Below, in pieces: positions 62,801 to 64,000 of a stretch of DNA of 64,000 bases. Under the pieces are notes generated by a model, which worked only from the letters and a program-made list of their open reading frames with translations, searched no databases and was not told the origin of the DNA. This DNA is from Macrostomum hystrix (taxonomy: Eukaryota; Animalia; Platyhelminthes), in the NCBI GenBank assembly GCA_950097015.1, contig CATNEN010000034.1, positions 5,952,001-6,016,000 on the forward strand. The letters run 5' to 3'. The position numbers were made by a program, and so were the translations under genes. Numbering within the stretch: the first letter of the stretch is position 1; every line of letters starts with the position of its first letter.

Positions 62801-64000
62801 ATTCTGAATGATCACATTCTAATTATAAATGATTATTTCCATATCTGAATGATCCCATTCCAATTCTGAATAATCCCATTCCAATTCTGAATAATCCCAT
62901 TCCATATCTGAATGATCGCATTCCATATCTGAATGATCCCATTCCCGATTCTGAATGATTCCATTCCCGATTCTGAATGATTCCATTCCCGATTCTGAAT
63001 GATTCCATTCCAATTCTGAATAATCCCATTCCAATTCTGAATAATCCCATTCCAATTCTGAATAATCCCATTCCAATTCTGAATAATCCCATTCCATATC
63101 TGAATGATCGCATTCCATATCTGAATGATCGCATTCCATATCTGAATGATCGCATTCCATATCTGAATGATCGCATTCCATATCTGAATGATCCCATTCC
63201 CGATTCTGAATAATCCCATTCCAATTCTGAATAATCCCATTCCAATTCTGAATAATCCCATTCCAATTCTGAATAATCCCATTCCAATTCTGAATGATTC
63301 CATTCCCGATTCTGAATGATTCCATTCCCGATTCTGAATGATTCCATTCCCGATTCTGAATAATCCCATTCCAATTCTGAATAATCCCATTCCATATCTG
63401 AATGATCCCATTCCCGATTCTGAATGATTCCATTCCAATTCTGAATGATCACATTCTAATTATAAATGATTAATTCCATATCTGAATGATCCCATTCCAA
63501 TTCTGAATAATCCCATTCCAATTCTGAATAATCCCATTCCATATCTGAATGATCGCATTCCATATCTGAATGATCCCATTCCCGATTCTGAATGATTCCA
63601 TTCCCGATTCTGAATGATTCCATTCCCGATTCTGAATGATTCCATTCCCGATTCTGAATGATTCCATTCTAATTCTGAATAATCCCATTCCAATTCCGAA
63701 TAATCCCATTCCAATTCTGAATAATCCCATTCCAATTCTGAATAATCCCATTCCATATCTGAATGATCGCATTCCATATCTGAATGATCGCATTCCATAT
63801 CTGAATGATCCCATTCCCGATTCTGAATAATCCCATTCCAATTCTGAATAATCCCATTCCAATTCTGAATAATCCCATTCCAATTCTGAATAATCCCATT
63901 CCAATTCTGAATAATCCCATTCCCGATTCTGAATGATTCCATTCCCGATTCTGAATGATTCCATTCCCGATTCTGAATGATTCCATTCCCGATTCTGAAT
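53858..64000. repeat. >10-kb 22/21-bp CATTC-rich satellite (CATTCCCGATTCTGAATGATTC)n in SLC5A7 intron 4, running off the window
   Basis: Directly visible, with kb-scale internal duplications. Confidence 0.98.

Noticed and set aside
53851-63986. Many 200-1056 aa ORFs (MESFRIGNGIIQNREWNHSESG repeats)
   Set aside because: Translation of the 22-bp intronic satellite; no codon-level constraint.

Overview
Eukaryotic (animal) genomic DNA: GC-rich exons, GT-AG introns, AT-rich spacers, and roughly half of the 64 kb (my rough sum is about 31-32 kb) in tandem minisatellite/satellite arrays that mostly sit inside introns. The style resembles a free-living flatworm such as Macrostomum; this is an inference and was not verified. 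Seven protein-coding genes were reconstructed by hand with phase-consistent splice junctions: (1) a single-exon, catalytically dead hAT-transposase-derived ORF; (2) DESI1/PPPDE with a C-terminal extension (minus strand); (3) GNL3/nucleostemin-family GTPase, head-to-head with DESI1; (4) a highly unusual G-protein alpha subunit; (5) a D-amino-acid/D-aspartate oxidase with no in-exon start codon; (6) an ANKRD50-like NTPase-ankyrin gene; (7) the first four coding exons of the choline transporter SLC5A7. Mobile elements with intact target-site duplications: a 9-bp-TSD MITE, an 8-bp-TSD hAT MITE carrying a satellite, and a 5'-truncated LINE. The strongest hunting result is the G-alpha, which naturally combines substitutions known in mammalian G-alphas to abolish GTPase activity (Q to H), speed GDP release (A to S) and block RGS GAPs (G to S). 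Almost all very long ORFs in the supplied track (3-7 kb, 21-24 kb, 38-41 kb, 42.8-48.5 kb, 53.9-64 kb) are artefacts of stop-free repeat units. No rRNA, tRNA or CRISPR array is supported.
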